From an uncultured Desulfosarcina sp. (lineage in GTDB: Bacteria > Desulfobacterota > Desulfobacteria > Desulfobacterales > Desulfosarcinaceae): 64,000 bases of DNA. The stretch lies in contig CAXXWQ010000003.1 of assembly GCA_963674945.2 (NCBI GenBank), positions 1,568,001 through 1,632,000 on the forward strand, given 5' to 3'. The stretch's first letter is position 1; the number at the start of each line of letters is the position of its first letter. Below the pieces are notes generated by a model, which searched no databases, was not told where the DNA came from, and saw nothing but the letters and a program-made list of their open reading frames with translations. Shown piece after piece: positions 59,410 through 64,000 of the stretch. A program made the translations under genes and the position numbers.

Positions 59410-61017
59410 ATGAGCAATTTCAATTCACCCGATGGCATTCTGGTCACCGGGCCGGTCACCGTTGAATACGAACAGATACTGACACCCGATGCACTGACCT
59501 TCGTCCGCGACCTTTCCCGGACATTCGAGACGCGGCGAAGGGAACTGATGGCACGAAGGGAGGACAGACAGGCAGACATCGATGCCGGCAAGCTGCCCGA
59601 TTTTTTGCCTGAGACGAAAAAAATCCGCGATGGCGACTGGAAGGTCGCACCGGTTCCACCCGACCTCATGGACCGCCGCGTGGAGATTACCGGCCCTGTG
59701 GACCGAAAGATGGTGATCAACGCGCTCAATTCCGGCGCAAAGACCTACATGGCCGATTTCGAAGACAGCCACAGCCCCACCTGGACCAACACCATGGACG
59801 GCCAGATCAACCTTCGTGATGCAGTCAACCGGGCCATCGAATTCACCAGCCCGGAAGGCAAAGTCTATCGCCTCAACGGTCGAACCGCCACCCTCATCGT
59901 TCGCCCCAGGGGCTGGCATCTCGTGGAAAAACACGTAGCCGTGGACGGACAGCCCGTATCGGGCAGCCTTTTTGACTTCGGTCTCTTCTTTTTCCACAAC
60001 GCGGCAAATCTCGTCCGGCGGAAAAGCGGACCCTATTTCTACCTTCCCAAGATGGAGAGTCATCTGGAGGCGCGGCTCTGGAACGATGTCTTCGTCGCCG
60101 CACAAAAGGCCCTGGGGATTGCCACGGGTACCATCAAAGCCACGGTGCTGATCGAAACCATCATGGCCGCCTTCGAGATGGAAGAGATCCTCCATGAACT
60201 CAAGGAACACAGCGCAGGCCTGAACTGCGGACGCTGGGACTATATCTTCAGCTTCATCAAACGCTTTAAAAAGGTTCCCGGATATCTCTTTCCGGACCGG
60301 GCCCAAATCACCATGACCCGCCACTGCATGCACGCCTACTCCCTTCTGGCCATTCAGACCTGCCACCGACGCGGAGCCCATGCCATCGGCGGTATGGCCG
60401 CCCAGATTCCCATCAAGGAGGATCCGGACAAGAACCGCGAGGCCCTGGAAAAGGTCCGTGCCGACAAAACACGGGAGGCCACCGACGGTCATGACGGCAC
60501 CTGGGTTGCCCATCCGGGCCTGGTACCCATCGCCATGGAGGAATTCGACAAGGCCATGCCGAACCCGAATCAGATCGATCGCCTGAGAGAAGACGTCCGC
60601 ATCACCGCGGCGGATCTTTTGAAGTTGCCCGAGGGGACCATCACCGAATCGGGCATGCGCACCAACATCAGCGTGGGCGTCCAGTATATGGCAAACTGGT
60701 TGGATGGCTTGGGTTGTGTTCCCCTCTACCATCTGATGGAGGACGCCGCCACCGCGGAGATCTCACGGGCGCAGCTGTGGCAGTGGGTCCACAGCGATGA
60801 TGCGGCCCTGGACGACGGAAGGACGATCACGCTGGACCTGTTTCGCACCATGCAACAGGAAGAGTTGGCGAAGATCGAACAAGAGGTGGGCAAGGCCGTT
60901 TTCGATAAAGTCCCCTATGGCCGTGCCGCAGAACTGTTCGAAGAGATCATCGCCGCCGACCAGTTGGCCGAGTTCTTGACGACAGTCGCATATGAACACC
61001 TAAAAGAACCCGTTTAA
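59410..61017 (+). CDS. aceB: Malate synthase A
   Basis: RRVEITGP, ADFEDS, YLPKMESHLEARLWND, GLNCGRWDY, MEDAATAEISR; AGGAGG RBS. Confidence 0.97.
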   Translation: MSNFNSPDGILVTGPVTVEYEQILTPDALTFVRDLSRTFETRRRELMARREDRQADIDAGKLPDFLPETKKIRDGDWKVAPVPPDLMDRRVEITGPVDRKMVINALNSGAKTYMADFEDSHSPTWTNTMDGQINLRDAVNRAIEFTSPEGKVYRLNGRTATLIVRPRGWHLVEKHVAVDGQPVSGSLFDFGLFFFHNAANLVRRKSGPYFYLPKMESHLEARLWNDVFVAAQKALGIATGTIKATVLIETIMAAFEMEEILHELKEHSAGLNCGRWDYIFSFIKRFKKVPGYLFPDRAQITMTRHCMHAYSLLAIQTCHRRGAHAIGGMAAQIPIKEDPDKNREALEKVRADKTREATDGHDGTWVAHPGLVPIAMEEFDKAMPNPNQIDRLREDVRITAADLLKLPEGTITESGMRTNISVGVQYMANWLDGLGCVPLYHLMEDAATAEISRAQLWQWVHSDDAALDDGRTITLDLFRTMQQEELAKIEQEVGKAVFDKVPYGRAAELFEEIIAADQLAEFLTTVAYEHLKEPV

Positions 61018-61091
61018 AAACGCCGCCGAAGGCCCGTTACCGGCGTTTTCAAACGGATTCTTTCCTTCAATAAAGACAAACGGGAGGAAAA

Positions 61092-62429
61092 ATGAAAACC
61101 ATCGAAGAAAAAGCCGAAGAGATTTGTGATCGACTCACATGCCATGAAGTCGTACCGGATGAAAGGGAGGGGTTGGCGGCGCACTGGGCAAATGACCCAC
61201 GGTGGGAAGGAATCGTTCGCCCCTATTCGGCCGAGGACGTACTGAAACTTCGCGGCAATCTGACCGTGGAATATACCTTTGCCAGAATCGGCGCCGAACG
61301 CCTGTGGTACCTGATCAACCATGAGGACTACGTAGCGGCCCTGGGGGCACTTACGGGAAATCAGGCGGTCCAGCAGGTGGAAGCCGGCCTGCTGGCCATC
61401 TACCTGAGCGGTTGGCAGGTCGCCGCCGACGCCAATCTGGCCGGAGAGATGTATCCCGATCAGAGCCTGTATCCCTCCAACAGTGTTCCGGCCGTGGTCC
61501 GGCGCATCAACAATGCCCTTCGCCGGGCAGATCAGGTGCAGGTCCTCGATGGCAGGAAACGGGGACCTTACTGGTTCGCCCCCATCGTGGCCGATGCCGA
61601 GGCCGGATTCGGAGGCCCGCTCAACGCCTTCGAACTGATGAAGCAGATGATCGAAGCAGGCGCCGCCGGCGTTCACTTCGAGGACCAACTCTCGTCCGCG
61701 AAAAAATGCGGACACATGGGCGGCAAGGTGCTTGTCCCCACCCAGGAAGCCGTTGCCAAGCTTATCGCGGCCCGACTCGCGGCAGACGTTTGTGGCGTTC
61801 CCACCATCATCCTGGCACGCACCGACGCCGACGCGGCAAAACTGCTCACCAGTGATATCGACGAGCGGGATCGTCCGTTCATTCTCGATCAGCCACGGTC
61901 CAGCGAAGGATTCTTCTACATACAGAACGGAGTGGAGACCGCCATCGCGCGGGGTCTGGCCTACGCTCCCTATGCAGACATGATCTGGTGCGAGACATCC
62001 AAACCCGACCTGGACCAGGCAAAACGTTTCGCCGAAGGCATTCACGAAAAGTTTCCCGGAAAGCTTCTCGCCTACAATTGCTCCCCTTCGTTCAACTGGA
62101 AGGCCAATCTCGATGACACCACCATCACCAAATTCCAGCGGGAACTCGGCGCCATGGGATACAAATTCCAGTTCGTCACCCTGGCAGGATTCCATGCCCT
62201 GAATCTGGGAATGTTCGACCTGGCCTTGAACTATCGGAAGACCGGCATGTTGGCCTACTCGCGATTTCAGGAAGAGGAGTTTCGTTTCGGCAAGGAGGAT
62301 GGCTATATGGCCACCACTCATCAGAAATTCGTGGGGGCCGGTTATTTCGATCGGTTAATGGATACCATCAGCAGTGGCCTGTCTTCGGTGGGGGCCATGT
62401 CAGGCAGCACGGAGGAAGATCAGTTTTAG
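61092..62429 (+). CDS. aceA: Isocitrate lyase
   Basis: [20 protein letters not shown] signature, [20 protein letters not shown]. Confidence 0.97.
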   Translation: MKTIEEKAEEICDRLTCHEVVPDEREGLAAHWANDPRWEGIVRPYSAEDVLKLRGNLTVEYTFARIGAERLWYLINHEDYVAALGALTGNQAVQQVEAGLLAIYLSGWQVAADANLAGEMYPDQSLYPSNSVPAVVRRINNALRRADQVQVLDGRKRGPYWFAPIVADAEAGFGGPLNAFELMKQMIEAGAAGVHFEDQLSSAKKCGHMGGKVLVPTQEAVAKLIAARLAADVCGVPTIILARTDADAAKLLTSDIDERDRPFILDQPRSSEGFFYIQNGVETAIARGLAYAPYADMIWCETSKPDLDQAKRFAEGIHEKFPGKLLAYNCSPSFNWKANLDDTTITKFQRELGAMGYKFQFVTLAGFHALNLGMFDLALNYRKTGMLAYSRFQEEEFRFGKEDGYMATTHQKFVGAGYFDRLMDTISSGLSSVGAMSGSTEEDQF

Positions 62430-62465
62430 AAGATCGTTTCATCTTTCAAACGATATAAAAAATAG

Positions 62466-62498
62466 AAAAGGGAAATCGTATAAACGGTTTCCCTTTTT
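62466..62498. terminator. Bidirectional intrinsic terminator after aceA
   Basis: AAAAGGGAAATCG ... CGGTTTCCCTTTTT between convergent genes. Confidence 0.75.
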
Positions 62499-62510
62499 AT
62501 CTTTTTCCCT

Positions 62511-62654
62511 TCAAGAAACCATACAACCACATGAACATCGGTTGTTGTTCATCTGGCAAACCGAATCGTGCTCTTTGCCTTTCATGCAATCGTCGTAAAG
62601 TTTCTCGCAGTTCCTGAAACATTTTCTTTTATCCTTGTTTTCTTTACGGCTCAT
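62511..62654 (-). CDS. 47-aa cysteine-rich small protein
   Basis: GGAGG RBS 6 nt before ATG; MSRKENKDKRKCFRNCEKLYDDCMKGKEHDSVCQMNNNRCSCGCMVS (7 Cys). Confidence 0.6.
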   Translation of the reverse strand: MSRKENKDKRKCFRNCEKLYDDCMKGKEHDSVCQMNNNRCSCGCMVS

Positions 62655-62903
62655 TGTACGCCTCCAGTATAATAAAAAGTGGTTCCGTAGAATCAAATGT
62701 GAAGACGATTCTATTACCAACTTTTTGTAAAATAATCATCGGTCGGAAAAACACCATGAGTGTATTTTTACCGTCGTAAAAAGATGGTATTTTTAAAATT
62801 AAAAAACAATATATTATAACTTGCTTTTTTATCTAAAATGCCAATAATGGTCAGTATTATCGTGTACGACAACGATTCATCATCTATTGCAAAGGAGAAT
62901 TGA

Positions 62904-63233
62904 ATGCCGGCAAAGAAAAAAGTAAACGGTGCCAAATTGATTCAAATGGTAGAAAACGGAACCCATCAACGGGAGATCATGAAAGCGTTCAAGTTTAATA
63001 CAACCGCCCAACTAAAGAGCCATTTGTTGGATGCACTCACCAATGCCGGTAAGGCACCGCAAATAAAAGCCGGTAGAGGAAAGAAAGCGGCTTCCGAAAC
63101 AAAAGAGGTTCTTGTCAGAAAAAGTGGTAGCGTGATCATTCCCAAGTCCATGATTGAAACCATGGAGTTTTCCCAAGGGGATAAGTTCATCGTCAGAAAA
63201 ACGAAATCGGGAATCTCATTGCGGAAGGTGTAA
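62904..63233 (+). CDS. AbrB/MazE/SpoVT-type DNA-binding protein
   Basis: C-terminal VRKSGSVIIPK......FSQGDKF.VRK swapped-hairpin pattern; AAGGAG RBS. Confidence 0.8.
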   Translation: MPAKKKVNGAKLIQMVENGTHQREIMKAFKFNTTAQLKSHLLDALTNAGKAPQIKAGRGKKAASETKEVLVRKSGSVIIPKSMIETMEFSQGDKFIVRKTKSGISLRKV

Positions 63234-63311
63234 AGAAAACTTTTTTGCTCCAACAAAGAATATAAAACGGCTTTATTTTACCGTCTTCTTTTCAAAAAGA
63301 ATCAAAGAAAA

Positions 63312-64000
63312 TCATAACATCTCCGGTGTAAATGAAACAACACGATCGATGGATGCCGAATCGGTAAAAAGCATTGCCAGTCGATCGATTCCCAGGGCAT
63401 TTCCCGCCGCCGCGGGCATTTCGGAAAGTTCCCGAAGAAACGGCTCGGCGGTGGGATATTTCTTCTTTCCCGTAGCCATTCGGCGCTGGTTTTCCATCTC
63501 GAAACGATACCGCTGTTCTTCTGGGTCGGTCAACTCGCTAAAGGCGTTACACAGTTCGATGCCGGCAATGTAGAGTTCGAACCGCTCTGCAACGTTGGAA
63601 TTTTCGGGTTTGCACCGTGCCAATGCGCCGCACCGGGCCGGGTAATCGTAAAGGAAAATGGGCTTTCGCAGACCGAGGGTGGGTTCGATATGGACTCCCA
63701 TGATCTCGTCGAAGAGATCTTCTTGCAACGCCTTTTCCGCCGTCATCTCACCGTGGCGGACGAATGCTTCGGAAACGGTGAGTCGTTCGAAGGGGGGCGT
63801 CAGATCGATCCTGTGGCCCTGGTAGGTCAAGTATCGGCCGATCCCCAATCGATCCGCGATGAACCGAATGAGTTGTTCACACTGCACCATCATGTCCTGG
63901 TAATCAAAGCCCGCCACATACCACTCCAGCAGCGTCATCTCCGGCAGGTGAAATCTTCCACGCTCCCCTTTTCTGAAGCACCGGCAGATCTGAAAAATCT
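63312..64000 (-). CDS. epmA: EF-P lysine aminoacylase (3' part; 5' end outside the window)
   Basis: FRKGERGRFHLPEMTLLEWY, AERFELYIAGIELCNAFSELTD, GNALGIDRL. Confidence 0.93.
   Translation of the reverse strand, partial: IFQICRCFRKGERGRFHLPEMTLLEWYVAGFDYQDMMVQCEQLIRFIADRLGIGRYLTYQGHRIDLTPPFERLTVSEAFVRHGEMTAEKALQEDLFDEIMGVHIEPTLGLRKPIFLYDYPARCGALARCKPENSNVAERFELYIAGIELCNAFSELTDPEEQRYRFEMENQRRMATGKKKYPTAEPFLRELSEMPAAAGNALGIDRLAMLFTDSASIDRVVSFTPEML

Noticed and set aside
59425..62321. Two 435-aa minus-strand ORFs
   Set aside because: Antisense shadows of aceB and aceA.

Overview
Bacterial chromosome window, probably from a Desulfosarcina-like member of the Desulfobacterota (inferred from gene content and repeat style only). 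Right of an initiator tRNA-Met (54030-54106, minus strand) lies core-type DNA: yggU, a thioesterase, thrH, hom, a complete aceK-aceB-aceA glyoxylate-bypass operon, an AbrB-like gene and part of epmA. Left of the tRNA lies a long patchwork accessory region with many gene remnants. (i) A defence island: a Fic protein, a small RHH/Zn-finger module cut by an IS66, an mcrC 3' remnant, and a tightly coupled operon SNF2 ATPase - type III Mod - 339-aa DNA-binding/antitoxin-like protein - Doc toxin - type III Res - DUF429-like remnant. A second IS sits in what looks like the island's att arm next to the tRNA. (ii) A GntR-controlled sugar-acid/tetrose catabolic operon: split transketolase, TRAP transporter, SDR, xylose-isomerase-like TIM barrel, DhaK/DhaL, RpiB. 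(iii) A metal/cofactor-uptake cluster: XRE-PBP regulator, two SAM methyltransferases, FecCD-type ABC system, a deleted radical-SAM/binding-protein fusion, TonB receptor. (iv) Assorted signalling and metabolic genes. The best candidate for an undescribed system is the Doc toxin plus Phd-tailed partner embedded between mod and res of an SNF2-associated type III RM system. All family calls come from motif recognition by eye; no searches were run.
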